Positions 47,420 to 57,456 of a stretch of 64,000 nucleotides of DNA are shown in pieces (position 1 is the stretch's first letter; every line of letters starts with the position of its first letter). The notes under the pieces were generated by a model. The model worked only from the letters and a program-made list of their open reading frames with translations, made no database searches and was not told where the DNA came from. Source of the DNA: an uncultured Alphaproteobacteria bacterium (GTDB lineage: Bacteria; Pseudomonadota; Alphaproteobacteria; Rs-D84); the NCBI GenBank assembly GCA_905234465.1, contig CAJOHU010000001.1, positions 31,708-95,707 on the forward strand, given 5' to 3'. The position numbers were made by a program, and so were the translations under genes.

Positions 47420-47728
47420 ATGTCAAAATGGCGATTGAAAAAAGACATAATTAAAAATCCATGTCAGAAATATTCTTATACAGAATATATGAAGGCTTTG
47501 GACAATGTGTTTTATTCTGTCTTTTTCCAAGATGTTGAATTGCGCAAAATTCTGTGGGATTCGTACAGAATGGCTTTGTGGAATATCGCGTTGTATGCAA
47601 TAGAACATCATATTGATGAAATTCAACACATACAAAGCATTCAAAACATACTGTTGACAATTCCAGGATGTAAGATGCGGAGATTGCGTTATAAAAAACA
47701 ATTGGGATACAATGAAAGGCACCGATAA
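47420..47728 (+). CDS. doubtful ORF in an AT-rich 300-bp spacer between rpsP and rimM
   Basis: The ORF is present in the track, but the region is about 33 % GC with open frames on both strands and no RBS. It is listed for completeness. Confidence 0.15.
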   Translation: MSKWRLKKDIIKNPCQKYSYTEYMKALDNVFYSVFFQDVELRKILWDSYRMALWNIALYAIEHHIDEIQHIQSIQNILLTIPGCKMRRLRYKKQLGYNERHR

Positions 47729-48176
47729 TATATTTGTTGGAAAAATAGTTGCACCCCAGGGCATTCGGGGCGAGGTTCGTGTGCAGACTTTTACCGAACA
47801 TCCGTCAGATTTTAAAAATTTGGCGGTGTTCGGGGATGAAATTGCCAATGGTGCCATGCACTTTGTGCGCGTGGTCCCAAATACAAATGTAATTATCGCG
47901 CAAATTGACGGTGTTAATACCAGAAATGATGCAGAAAATCTGCGTGGGACAGAATTGTTTATTAAGCGCGAAAATCTGCCACCAATTAAATCAGGGGAAT
48001 ATTACCAGGCAGATTTAATCGGCATGACAGTCGTGCGTAATGGAACTGAAATTGGGCGTGTTGTTTGCTTTCAGAACTTTGGTGCCGGCGACATCATGGA
48101 ATTGGATAACGGCGAAATGGTTGCCTTTCGTGGCGCAAAGGTAGATTTTAATACAAATACGATTTATGCGGAGTGA
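47712..48176 (+). CDS. rimM: ribosome maturation factor RimM
   Basis: VGKIVAPQGIRGEVRV is the RimM N-terminal signature. Operon position is rpsP-rimM-trmD-rplS. Confidence 0.85.
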   Translation: MKGTDNIFVGKIVAPQGIRGEVRVQTFTEHPSDFKNLAVFGDEIANGAMHFVRVVPNTNVIIAQIDGVNTRNDAENLRGTELFIKRENLPPIKSGEYYQADLIGMTVVRNGTEIGRVVCFQNFGAGDIMELDNGEMVAFRGAKVDFNTNTIYAE

Positions 48177-48868
48177 TAATGCACTTTAATATACTGACCG
48201 TTTTCCCAGAAATGTTTCCCGGAACCCTTGGTGGCGGGGTGGTTGGTCGCGCACTGGAAAAAGGCATTTGGTCATACAATGTGATAAATATTCGTGATTT
48301 TGCCATAAACGAATACGGCAGTGTTGATGACGCGCAATTTGGTGGTGGTGCCGGAATGGTTATGCGCCCTGATGTTTTGGGGGCGGCATTGGATTCTATT
48401 GAAAATCCGGGGCAAATTATCTATTTTTCACCCCGCGGACCGCGTCTGGAACAGAAAATGGTGCGAGAATTCGCATCCACACCAGATAACAAGGTATTTA
48501 CCCTGCTCTGCGGTCGTTACGAAGGAATTGACCAACGGGTTATTGATGAATATAATATAATGGAATTATCTATTGGCGATTATATTCTGTCCGGTGGTGA
48601 GATTGCCGCGCAAGTTTTTGTTGACAGCGCCGTTCGCTTGATAGATAATGTTGTTGGCGGTGGCGAAGACGCAACTGCAAACGAGAGTTTTGAAATCGGG
48701 GGGTTGGAATGGCCGTTATACACCCGCCCGTCAGTATGGCGTGGACAAAGTGTCCCAGAAGTCCTGCTGTCTGGTCACCACGGCAATATAGAACGGTGGC
48801 GGAAACAACAATCGGACAACCTTACAAAAACAAGACGTCCGGACTTAATAAAGGAAAACCAAAAATGA
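48173..48868 (+). CDS. trmD: tRNA (guanine37-N1)-methyltransferase
   Basis: ILTVFPEMF...GGGAGMVM...[11 protein letters not shown] are TrmD motifs. ATGA overlaps on both sides. Confidence 0.9.
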   Translation: MIMHFNILTVFPEMFPGTLGGGVVGRALEKGIWSYNVINIRDFAINEYGSVDDAQFGGGAGMVMRPDVLGAALDSIENPGQIIYFSPRGPRLEQKMVREFASTPDNKVFTLLCGRYEGIDQRVIDEYNIMELSIGDYILSGGEIAAQVFVDSAVRLIDNVVGGGEDATANESFEIGGLEWPLYTRPSVWRGQSVPEVLLSGHHGNIERWRKQQSDNLTKTRRPDLIKENQK

Positions 48869-49254
48869 ATATTGTTAAAAAAATAGAACAAAAAAATGTT
48901 GAAAAATTAAAGGCTGGGAAAAATATTCCGAACTTTAAAGCGGGTGATACACTGCGCGTTCATGTAAAAATCAAAGATGGCGACAAATTCCGTATTCAAT
49001 TATTTGAAGGCGTTGTTATCGCACGCGATGGCGGCATGGGGAATACCGCATCATTTACGGTTCGTCGTGAATCTTATGGTGTGGGCGTAGAACGCAAGTT
49101 CCCGTTGTACAGCCCGGCGATTGAAAAAATAGAAAAGGTTCGTATTGGTCGCGTTCGCCGTGCTAAATTGTTCTTCTTGCGTAAACTGTCTGGGAAAAAG
49201 GCGCGCATTGTTGAAGATTTGTCTGCAACGGCGGGCGAAAAGAACGCAAAATAA
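48865..49254 (+). CDS. rplS: 50S ribosomal protein L19
   Basis: MNIVKKIEQ...[13 protein letters not shown]...[14 protein letters not shown] is the L19 signature. The internal Met is the real start (the ORF-track frame opens at 48709). Confidence 0.9.
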   Translation: MNIVKKIEQKNVEKLKAGKNIPNFKAGDTLRVHVKIKDGDKFRIQLFEGVVIARDGGMGNTASFTVRRESYGVGVERKFPLYSPAIEKIEKVRIGRVRRAKLFFLRKLSGKKARIVEDLSATAGEKNAK

Positions 49255-49286
49255 CATCAAAATATTAAACGGGGGGCAGAAAAAAA

Positions 49287-49649
49287 ATGAAAATGTTAAA
49301 CATCGTCAGATTTTTCTGGTTCCCCGTTTTTTGTGCTTTGGTGACACCGGTTGCAAATGCGTATATAAATCGCCCTGTTGCGGTGATTCAGGTTCTGAAC
49401 AAGGCGGCTGGCAAAACACAAACCCTGCGAATTCCGGTGGGTGAAACAGCACAATTTGAAAAACTAAATATCACTGTGCAATCGTGCATGCAATCTGACC
49501 CATTTGATGCAGAAAATTTTTACGCATTTGTGGAAATAGCGCAATCTGGGAACACTAAATTTTTTGGTAATTGGATGGACAGAAATAATCCCGGCAAAAA
49601 CCCAGTACAAAATCCGGACTATGATGCATGGTTGGTAAAATGTGATTAA
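49287..49649 (+). CDS. small secreted hypothetical protein (120 aa)
   Basis: Signal peptide MKMLNIVRFFWFPVFCALVTPVANA. Confidence 0.5.
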   Translation: MKMLNIVRFFWFPVFCALVTPVANAYINRPVAVIQVLNKAAGKTQTLRIPVGETAQFEKLNITVQSCMQSDPFDAENFYAFVEIAQSGNTKFFGNWMDRNNPGKNPVQNPDYDAWLVKCD

Positions 49650-49661
49650 GGGGGACAGAAA

Positions 49662-49970
49662 ATGGTAAAATTCTTGAAAAAATATCTGAAATTTTTAATC
49701 GGTGTCGGTGTTTTGTTGGTTGTGGTGTTGGTTTTTGTCCAAACCCAGGGCGCAACATCTTTGGAATCAGGGCTGTTAAAAGACTGGCGCGGGGCGGCGG
49801 TAGAACGCAAAACAGATGCAATTAAGATTTTAACGGCTTCGGATGCCGATGCAGATTTATTGGTAAAATGTGTTGATAAAATGGCGACTTTGCCAGATTC
49901 ATCGGATATGCCCGTGCGTGATGCGGTACAATTATGCTTAATGGGCATACGGCTTAAAAGTAATATTTAA
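49662..49970 (+). CDS. small membrane-anchored hypothetical protein (102 aa)
   Basis: The N-terminal hydrophobic helix LIGVGVLLVVVLVFV. Confidence 0.45.
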   Translation: MVKFLKKYLKFLIGVGVLLVVVLVFVQTQGATSLESGLLKDWRGAAVERKTDAIKILTASDADADLLVKCVDKMATLPDSSDMPVRDAVQLCLMGIRLKSNI

Positions 49971-49975
49971 CAAAA

Positions 49976-51091
49976 ATGTCAGAAGATAAAATAATTCATA
50001 TGGATATGGGCGCGTCTGTATCATCCAGCGGGGGTGCAACAGTATGCTTGGGCATAGAATCTTCGTGTGATGAAACCAGTGCAGCAATAGTAGATTCAAA
50101 TAAAAATATTCTTGCTCATATAATTTATTCACAAATACCCGAACATCAAAAATACGGCGGGGTTGTGCCTGAATTGGCGGCGCGTGCGCATATTTTGGCC
50201 ATAGATGAAGTAATTCGTCAGACTTTGGCGCGTGCGAATATGAATATCAACGATATAGATGTTATTGCCGCAACTGCGGGTCCGGGATTGATTGGTGGCG
50301 TGCTAATTGGGTGGATGAGTGCCACGGGAATCGCACAAAGCACCGGCAAACCATTGGTCGCAGTGAATCATTTGGAAGGTCACGCGTTGGTACCGCGTCT
50401 TGCCGCGGCAACTGCAGACAATACTTGTTCTGCGGTGTCGGTTGAATTTCCATACTTGTTGATGTTGGCATCGGGGGGGCATTGCCAGATTCTGTTGGTG
50501 CGCGGTGTCGGTAAATATGATTTAATCGGACAAACACTGGATGACAGCGCGGGCGAAGCGTTTGATAAAGTTTCAAAAATGTTGGGACTGGGGTATCCGG
50601 GCGGTCCGATTGTAGATAAACGTGCCGCATTGGGAAACCCACGCGCATTTGATTTTCCAAGACCATTGACAGACAAACCGGGGTGTGATTTCTCGTTCAG
50701 TGGCATAAAAACCGCCGCACGAACATTTTTATCAAAACACGCCGAACCATATAACGATGAATTTATAAATGATTTCTGTGCATCTTTTCAATCTGCCGTG
50801 GTGGATTGCATAATAAATCGTTTGAGCCATGCAATGCGATCAAATCAGGTTATATCGGCAAATCCAAAAACACTGGTCGTGGCGGGCGGTGTCGCGAAAA
50901 ACAGTGCTATACGCAGTGCAATGGAAAAATTGGCACGTGAACACAACATGGTTTTTGCTGCCCCACCAATGAGTTTGTGTACAGACAACGGTGCAATGAT
51001 TGCGTGGGCGGGTTTAGAAAATTATCAAATCGGCAATATTGTGCGCGAACCCGTTGCGCCCCGCCCTCGTTGGCCACTTACGGAATTATAG
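49976..51091 (+). CDS. tsaD: tRNA N6-adenosine threonylcarbamoyltransferase
   Basis: LGIESSCDETSAAIVD, GHCQIL and GGVAKNS are Kae1/TsaD motifs. The true start may be the Met at about 50000. Confidence 0.85.
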   Translation: MSEDKIIHMDMGASVSSSGGATVCLGIESSCDETSAAIVDSNKNILAHIIYSQIPEHQKYGGVVPELAARAHILAIDEVIRQTLARANMNINDIDVIAATAGPGLIGGVLIGWMSATGIAQSTGKPLVAVNHLEGHALVPRLAAATADNTCSAVSVEFPYLLMLASGGHCQILLVRGVGKYDLIGQTLDDSAGEAFDKVSKMLGLGYPGGPIVDKRAALGNPRAFDFPRPLTDKPGCDFSFSGIKTAARTFLSKHAEPYNDEFINDFCASFQSAVVDCIINRLSHAMRSNQVISANPKTLVVAGGVAKNSAIRSAMEKLAREHNMVFAAPPMSLCTDNGAMIAWAGLENYQIGNIVREPVAPRPRWPLTEL

Positions 51092-51100
51092 GATAACAAG

Positions 51101-52273
51101 ATGCAGAAACCGGAACCATTTGTTAAGCCTGATATGATTTTTTCTGTATCCGATGCATCGGCACTGTTGAAAAATGTGGTTGAAACGGCGTTTCCTGTTA
51201 TCAAAATTCGTGGCGAATTATCCCAAATTACACGCGCAACATCGGGTCATATGTATATGACAATCAAAGACGCCGGCGCGGCAATGTCCGTTATAATATG
51301 GCGCGGAACACCAATAAATTTTGCATTAAGCGATGGCTTAGAGGTTATTATTACCGGACGACTTACAACATATCCTGCGCGCAGCAATTATCAAATTGTC
51401 GCCACCAGCATAGAAATGGCGGGTGTGGGCGCGATTCTTAAGATGTTAGAAGAACGCAAACAAAAATTGGCGGCCGAGGGTTTATTTGATGCGGCGCGCA
51501 AAAAGCCATTACCTAAATTACCAACGACAATAGGTGTCGTCACAAGCCCAACCGGCGCGGCATTTCAAGATATTCAAAATCGTTTGCGCGAACGGTTTCC
51601 TGTACATGTCATTTTGTACCCTGCAACCGTCCAAGGGCAAACCGCCGCTGCCGAAGTTGCCGCCGGTGTCAGATATTTTAATCGCGCCCGGAATGTTGAT
51701 GTTATTATCGTTGCGCGTGGTGGCGGCGCATTGGAAGATTTGCTGCCTTTTTCCGAAGAAATTGTTGTGCGTGCAGTTGCAGAAAGTGAAATCCCCGTTA
51801 TAACCGGTGTTGGTCATGAGCCTGATTGGATGTTGGTAGATTTTGCCGCAGATTATCGCGCACCCACACCAACCGGCGCCGCCGAAGCGGTTGTACCAAC
51901 AAAAATATCGTTAATTCAAGAATTGGATAATCTGTGGCATCGTTTGACATCAAACCTTATAACAAGAATTGCTAATGCAAAAAATCGTATAGAAAACACA
52001 ACTATCAAAAGCCCGCGGCAAATGGTTATGGAACGCACACAAAGACTGGACGATATTACCCGGACTTTGGGAATAATTATAAACGCCAAGATGATGGAAG
52101 CAAAACGCAACATAGAACACAGTGGTCAAATGTTGAATTCTTTGGGATATAAGAATGTTTTGTCGCGTGGGTACGCGATTGTGCGCGATGAAAATAATGT
52201 AATAATTGCGTCCGCCAACGTCCAAAATAAAATTGCCAGTATAGAATTTGCAGATGGAATTAAACGCATATAA
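51101..52273 (+). CDS. xseA: exodeoxyribonuclease VII large subunit
   Basis: An OB-fold N-terminus (VIKIRGELSQITRATSGHMYMTIKD). The central motifs GVVTSPTGAAFQDI and IIVARGGG. Confidence 0.85.
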   Translation: MQKPEPFVKPDMIFSVSDASALLKNVVETAFPVIKIRGELSQITRATSGHMYMTIKDAGAAMSVIIWRGTPINFALSDGLEVIITGRLTTYPARSNYQIVATSIEMAGVGAILKMLEERKQKLAAEGLFDAARKKPLPKLPTTIGVVTSPTGAAFQDIQNRLRERFPVHVILYPATVQGQTAAAEVAAGVRYFNRARNVDVIIVARGGGALEDLLPFSEEIVVRAVAESEIPVITGVGHEPDWMLVDFAADYRAPTPTGAAEAVVPTKISLIQELDNLWHRLTSNLITRIANAKNRIENTTIKSPRQMVMERTQRLDDITRTLGIIINAKMMEAKRNIEHSGQMLNSLGYKNVLSRGYAIVRDENNVIIASANVQNKIASIEFADGIKRI

Positions 52274-52293
52274 TTTAAATAAAAGGAACAAGA

Positions 52294-52641
52294 ATGTTTA
52301 GAATGGATAAAAATATAAAGGCGGATATGTTGAATTTGTTAACAAGACCCGATATCACAGTTGAAAAATTAGATTGCAGCGAATATTGCAACCGACCCAC
52401 AACATATTACAAGATTTCAAATACTTTTTCTGAACAAATGGCATTTTCTGTGTCGCCAATTTCTTTACGCATGAACAATATCGCCCGTTGCGAGATAATA
52501 TCACCAAACAACAAAAAAATTGCACGTTTGGTACGAATGAATGCGATATTCCGCAGACCTATGGCGGGCGATATTATGGATATTTATAATTGGATAAAAT
52601 TGCGTTATTTATTGCAAGAATCTAAAAATAACCAAAAATAA
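52294..52641 (+). CDS. hypothetical protein (115 aa)
   Basis: ORF only. No motif recognised. It lies between the convergent xseA and recN. Confidence 0.3.
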   Translation: MFRMDKNIKADMLNLLTRPDITVEKLDCSEYCNRPTTYYKISNTFSEQMAFSVSPISLRMNNIARCEIISPNNKKIARLVRMNAIFRRPMAGDIMDIYNWIKLRYLLQESKNNQK

Positions 52642-52643
52642 TA

Positions 52644-54302
52644 TTATTGTTTTATAAGTGTTCGTGCGGTTGCCAAAGATTCCGGGGTTATTTCTGCCCC
52701 ACTGATTATACGAGCAATTTCATTTAATCTTTCATCACCAGTGATTTCATGAACATTGGTTGTTGTGGTTTCATTATTAGATGTCTTTTCTATCTTAAAA
52801 TGTTTGTCGGCAAAGCCTGCGACCTGGGCAGAATGGGTTATCACCAATGCCTGGGATTTTGCTGCAAGCCGGTTTAGCCTGTCGCCAACCGCGGATGCCG
52901 TCGCGCCACTGATTCCTGTATCTATTTCATCAAAAACGAATGTGTGCGCGTCTGTCGCACCAGACAAAACGACACGCAGTGCCAACATAAAACGCGCCAA
53001 TTCGCCCCCAGATGCAGATTTATGTAATGGTGCAAACGGCATACCCGGGTTTGTTTTTATCATAAATGTTATATCATCACAACCATACGATGTTGCGTCC
53101 ATCGGCATAATTTCAACCATAAAGTCCGCATTGTTCAATTTCAAATCTGGCAATTCTGATAAAATTTTGGTACGCAATTCATTCGCCGCCGTATGCCGCG
53201 CATCGGTAAGCTGATTCGCAAAATCTTCATATTTTTGTTTTGCCACCGCAACAGATGTACGCAATTTTTTTAATTCTGCATCAGAATTTGTAATCGTATT
53301 TAGCGCCGATTCCATTTCCGCCAATTTATTGGGCAAATCATCCGCACTAACATGATGTTTGCGCGCGGCGGCACGTATCGCGAACAAACGTTCTTCAACA
53401 GAATCCACTGTTTCGGTATCTATATCGCCGGGCGTTATTGCGCCAGCAACATTTGCAACCATTTCCGCAGCATTATACAGCGCATCTATTTGTTCACTGT
53501 ACGGATTTGGTTCTGTTTTTATTCGTTCCAAAATATGCGCAACCGTAAATATTTGTGAATCAATACTGTTTCCGCCCGCCATCATCGCATTTGTCGCATC
53601 TGTTAAAATCGCCGTATTTTTTTCGGCATTTATCATATCTGCGCGACGCACCGCCAATTCGTCTTCTTCACCGGGCGTCACATTTAATGCGCGCAATTCA
53701 GCAATATTATGTTCCAAATATTCTTGTTCTGCGGCATTACGCGCGATAAAATCTTCGGTTTCGTGTAATTTTTTGCTTAATGTATTATATTCATCATACG
53801 AAACATGAACATCGGACAATAACTTATTAAAACCTGTGATGTTTTTGCAAGCGAATTCATCCAGTGTTTTGCGATGAGTTGACTGATTCAGCAACGCATG
53901 GTTTGCAAATTGACCATGAACTTCCACCAATTCGTCGCCAATAGATTTCAATGTTTTGATGGAAACAGGGGTATCATTTACCCACGCACGACTTTTGCCA
54001 TCTGTGCCCAATGTGCGGCGTAATATCAAATTATCACAACGGTCAATGCCCGCCCCGTCCAGTATTTCATTTATCGTATCATTCACGCCATCAAATTCTG
54101 CGACAACAGATGCCCCAGATGTGCCGTGCCTGATTAAGCCAATATCTGAACGTGCGCCCAATACCAATGCCAATGCGTCCATTAATATACTTTTGCCCGC
54201 ACCCGTTTCCCCGGTCAAAACATTTAATCCAGAACCGAATTCAAGATTCAGTTTATCTATTAAAACAATATTTGAAATACTAATCTGTGTTAACATAGCC
54301 AA
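52644..54302 (-). CDS. recN: DNA repair protein RecN
   Basis: An SMC-like ATPase. N-terminal Walker A GETGAGKSIL. C-terminal signature/Walker B (LSGGE...VFDEIDTGISG). A central coiled-coil. Confidence 0.9.
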   Translation of the reverse strand: MAMLTQISISNIVLIDKLNLEFGSGLNVLTGETGAGKSILMDALALVLGARSDIGLIRHGTSGASVVAEFDGVNDTINEILDGAGIDRCDNLILRRTLGTDGKSRAWVNDTPVSIKTLKSIGDELVEVHGQFANHALLNQSTHRKTLDEFACKNITGFNKLLSDVHVSYDEYNTLSKKLHETEDFIARNAAEQEYLEHNIAELRALNVTPGEEDELAVRRADMINAEKNTAILTDATNAMMAGGNSIDSQIFTVAHILERIKTEPNPYSEQIDALYNAAEMVANVAGAITPGDIDTETVDSVEERLFAIRAAARKHHVSADDLPNKLAEMESALNTITNSDAELKKLRTSVAVAKQKYEDFANQLTDARHTAANELRTKILSELPDLKLNNADFMVEIMPMDATSYGCDDITFMIKTNPGMPFAPLHKSASGGELARFMLALRVVLSGATDAHTFVFDEIDTGISGATASAVGDRLNRLAAKSQALVITHSAQVAGFADKHFKIEKTSNNETTTTNVHEITGDERLNEIARIISGAEITPESLATARTLIKQ

Positions 54303-54315
54303 ATTATAACCATAT

Positions 54316-54762
54316 TTATATTATGTTTTCCAGTGTAAAATCATTCATCCACAGTATTTTACATTCTACCCTATAATGCCGGTATATTTGTTTTAACAAT
54401 GCACAATATTCTGTTAATTGTTCAGTATATTTTTTATAAAACAGTTTTTTATCTATATCTGTTTTATAATCTAAAACCACTATACTTTTTGTGTCGTGGT
54501 TTATATACAACCTATCAATACGACGACTTATGAATTTTCCGTTTATATAACCCGCGATTGGAACCTCGGTACGCGAAAGAGGCCCAAATAATTCACACAT
54601 ATCTGAAACATCAGATAATTTCTTGATAATATCTTTATCACCCACCCAACCGTTCTGTGCATAAAAAACATGTGACATTTTTGCGTGCACAGCCCGTCCT
54701 GTGGCGGTTGCGTGTTCTTGATGTGTTTTTGTACTTAATATTTGTTCCAATTTATTTGTCAT
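54316..54762 (-). CDS. PD-(D/E)xK (RecB-family) nuclease domain, apparently a separate or frameshifted C-terminal part of the upstream helicase
   Basis: The motif VVLDYKTD is the canonical RecB nuclease motif III, preceded by an acidic residue and by Cys/His residues. Its start overlaps the helicase stop by 11 nt in a different frame. Confidence 0.6.
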   Translation of the reverse strand: MTNKLEQILSTKTHQEHATATGRAVHAKMSHVFYAQNGWVGDKDIIKKLSDVSDMCELFGPLSRTEVPIAGYINGKFISRRIDRLYINHDTKSIVVLDYKTDIDKKLFYKKYTEQLTEYCALLKQIYRHYRVECKILWMNDFTLENII

Positions 54763-57367
54763 AGTTTGAAATCCTTATCATATCATCATCAACACTCAAA
54801 TTGCGGGACAGCGTATTCCACAACATATTATGCCAAGACATTTCAGGCGCATTTTTGTTTGGTGAAAATCCATAAATATACAATTCATCACGGGCGCGTG
54901 TCATGGCAACATACAGCAATCTATAACTTTCTTCTATATCTTTGGACAACTGTTTGGCACGCAATTCTTCAAATTCCGGAGAAAAACCATCAGGGGCATG
55001 CGGAGTCCAAACCCATACAGGCATATCCGTATCTGGCAAATCGTAAACTTCGTGAGATTTTGGCATAGATGTTGTATCTATTAAAAACACTGCGCGCGAT
55101 TGCAACCCCTTGCTGCCATGTATGGTGACAATACGCACCCCAGAACCCGAATCCATGTCGCGTTTAATTTCGCTGTTGCCGGTAATGAACCATTTGATAA
55201 ATTGGCGCAATGCACCCGGACACGTGCGTTCATACGCAAGACATATAGTAATAAACTCTTCCAACGGGTCTATGATTTGTTCGCCAAGTGCCGCAATAAA
55301 TTTCTGGCGCACATCATTAGTATTCAGGACATATGTAAAGAAACTGTACGGCCCCAGATGGCGAGATTTTTCCATCAAGTCAACCAAAACAGAATATATA
55401 TCTGGATGCAGTTTATTAACAAAATCTAAAACCGTTGCTTTTGGGGCATCGGACGATTCTTTGACGCGGCGGATGTTTTCTTCGTTACGCGCAGCACAGA
55501 TTTTATATACCACCGCATCATTTAATCTGAACACAGGACTTTTTAACACGCACGCCAAAGAATAATCATCAGACGGATTTATACAGAACCGCAACAGATT
55601 CATAAGATCGCGCACAACCGGGAAATTAGGTAATATTATGCGGTCACTGCCGGCAACATCAATTCCGCGACGTTTTAATTCATTTGCCATTGGTACCGCC
55701 AAAGGATGTCTGTTTTGAACCAGAATCATGATATCATGTGGTTTGTATTTTTTACCAGACAACAAAGATTCTATTTTATCTGCAATGTCACGAATATATT
55801 CTTTGCGCGCGATATCAGTATCTTGGTCTTTTGGGGTATGTAACGCATGAATTTCCACCGCACCGGTTTCACCGACACGAAAACATTTATGCGGATTGTT
55901 TATAAAACCTGTGCGCGCCATAACATTTGTATCACCAAAAAACATATCCACCGTTTTTAATATCGGTTCAACAGAACGGAAACTTTGTGTCAATGGAACC
56001 TCACGAATTTGTCGTGCGTTATTCTTGATTTGTTGGGCGATATGTTCGCGACTTTCTGCGAACGCGTTTGGATCCGCACCTTGAAAACCATAGATAGACT
56101 GTTTGGTGTCACCCACGACAAACAATGACCGTGGTGTGCCAGTTTTGTCACCATCCACAAAGAAATCACCCGCCAACATTTGCAATAATTCCCACTGCAA
56201 CGGGCCGGTATCTTGGGCTTCATCAACCAATATGTGCGACAATGATAAATCCATTTGCGACAAAACCCAACCCATGGTTTCAGGATTTGAAAATAAACGA
56301 TGTGTATATAAAATCAAATCTTCAAAATCCAAAACATTGTGAATCTTTTTTAATTCCATATATTTTTTTGCAAATGCCGCAGATAAATCAAACAATGCTA
56401 TGCTGGCATCGTAAATATCCCGATTTATACGAAATACATTTTCGTTAAAAACACGCTCTTTTTCATCAGCCAAATAATCATAATTTAATCCGCGTTGAAT
56501 TATTGTTCCGGCACTTATTAAATACGCAGACTTGTATTCTTGAAAATCTATTGTGTTTTTAATGTACTGTTCTGTTAAACAAATAAGTTTCTGTAATGTT
56601 TTGCCGGGCTTTTTTTCGTTGCGCGCGCATTCCAGGATAAATTCCAGTTTTTTTATGTCTTTTTTTGCATGATTTTGATTTTTGATATTTAATTTTTTTT
56701 CAATCGTATCAATAAAATAATTTCTATACTTATCAAAACTCTTTACCATAAAAAAGTGTTTATATTGTTGTCCGATATTTTGCAATAAATCGTCTAATTT
56801 ATACTCTGATATCCGTCCCACGATGTAATCAAAGGCGTTGACTGTTCGGGCGTCATTTGATGAAGATGTAATAAGATGGTTTAATGCGTCATTTAATAAT
56901 ACCCGCTGTGGTGCGTCAGATATCAAAGACCAAGATGGTGATATACCTGCCTCGGTTGGAAAACGGTGTAAGATTTCTTCACAAAAACTGTGTATTGTTT
57001 TTATTTTTAATATTTCAGGATTATCAATATATCTGAAAAATATATCACGGGCATGCCCAATATCCGCAACGGTTGGATTTTGATTTTTAGAAATCCCAAT
57101 CAACAATTCTGCCAATTCTTCATCCGAAGACATTGCCCATTCCCGCAGCGCCGCCAATATACGATTGCGCATTTCGCCCGCCGCCGCATTTGTATAGGTC
57201 AGACACAATATTCCCCCCATATCAACATCACCGCGAAACAATATTCTTAACAAACGCGCGATTAAAACACTGGTCTTGCCGGTGCCGGCGTTCGCCTGGA
57301 CCCATGCGTTAATTGTTGGTTCTGCGGCAATTTCTTGTTCGGCGGAAAGAATATCTTTTTTTATCAT
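54752..57367 (-). CDS. UvrD/PcrA/AddA-family SF1 helicase (871 aa)
   Basis: Motif I AGTGKTSVL. Motif II DEAQDT. Motifs III to VI are recognisable (VGDTKQSIYGFQGAD, RSVEPI, VTIHGSKGLQ, YVAMTRAR). Confidence 0.8.
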   Translation of the reverse strand: MIKKDILSAEQEIAAEPTINAWVQANAGTGKTSVLIARLLRILFRGDVDMGGILCLTYTNAAAGEMRNRILAALREWAMSSDEELAELLIGISKNQNPTVADIGHARDIFFRYIDNPEILKIKTIHSFCEEILHRFPTEAGISPSWSLISDAPQRVLLNDALNHLITSSSNDARTVNAFDYIVGRISEYKLDDLLQNIGQQYKHFFMVKSFDKYRNYFIDTIEKKLNIKNQNHAKKDIKKLEFILECARNEKKPGKTLQKLICLTEQYIKNTIDFQEYKSAYLISAGTIIQRGLNYDYLADEKERVFNENVFRINRDIYDASIALFDLSAAFAKKYMELKKIHNVLDFEDLILYTHRLFSNPETMGWVLSQMDLSLSHILVDEAQDTGPLQWELLQMLAGDFFVDGDKTGTPRSLFVVGDTKQSIYGFQGADPNAFAESREHIAQQIKNNARQIREVPLTQSFRSVEPILKTVDMFFGDTNVMARTGFINNPHKCFRVGETGAVEIHALHTPKDQDTDIARKEYIRDIADKIESLLSGKKYKPHDIMILVQNRHPLAVPMANELKRRGIDVAGSDRIILPNFPVVRDLMNLLRFCINPSDDYSLACVLKSPVFRLNDAVVYKICAARNEENIRRVKESSDAPKATVLDFVNKLHPDIYSVLVDLMEKSRHLGPYSFFTYVLNTNDVRQKFIAALGEQIIDPLEEFITICLAYERTCPGALRQFIKWFITGNSEIKRDMDSGSGVRIVTIHGSKGLQSRAVFLIDTTSMPKSHEVYDLPDTDMPVWVWTPHAPDGFSPEFEELRAKQLSKDIEESYRLLYVAMTRARDELYIYGFSPNKNAPEMSWHNMLWNTLSRNLSVDDDMIRISNYDK

Positions 57368-57456
57368 TTATGTCCTTGCTTTGTTAATGAAAGTTTAGTA
57401 TAAAGTCTTGGAAACTGCAAGGACATATCTGGTCAATTTGTTGGGGGGCAAGGAAA

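Noticed and set aside
47423-47857. 144-aa minus-strand ORF overlapping the rimM start and the AT-rich spacer
   Set aside because: It overlaps the conserved rimM N-terminus. AT-rich DNA yields open frames by chance.
50262-50706. Minus-strand ORFs inside tsaD
   Set aside because: They are antisense to a conserved gene.
52756-54309. + strand ORFs (117-152 aa) inside recN
   Set aside because: They are Ser/Ala-rich antisense shadows of recN.
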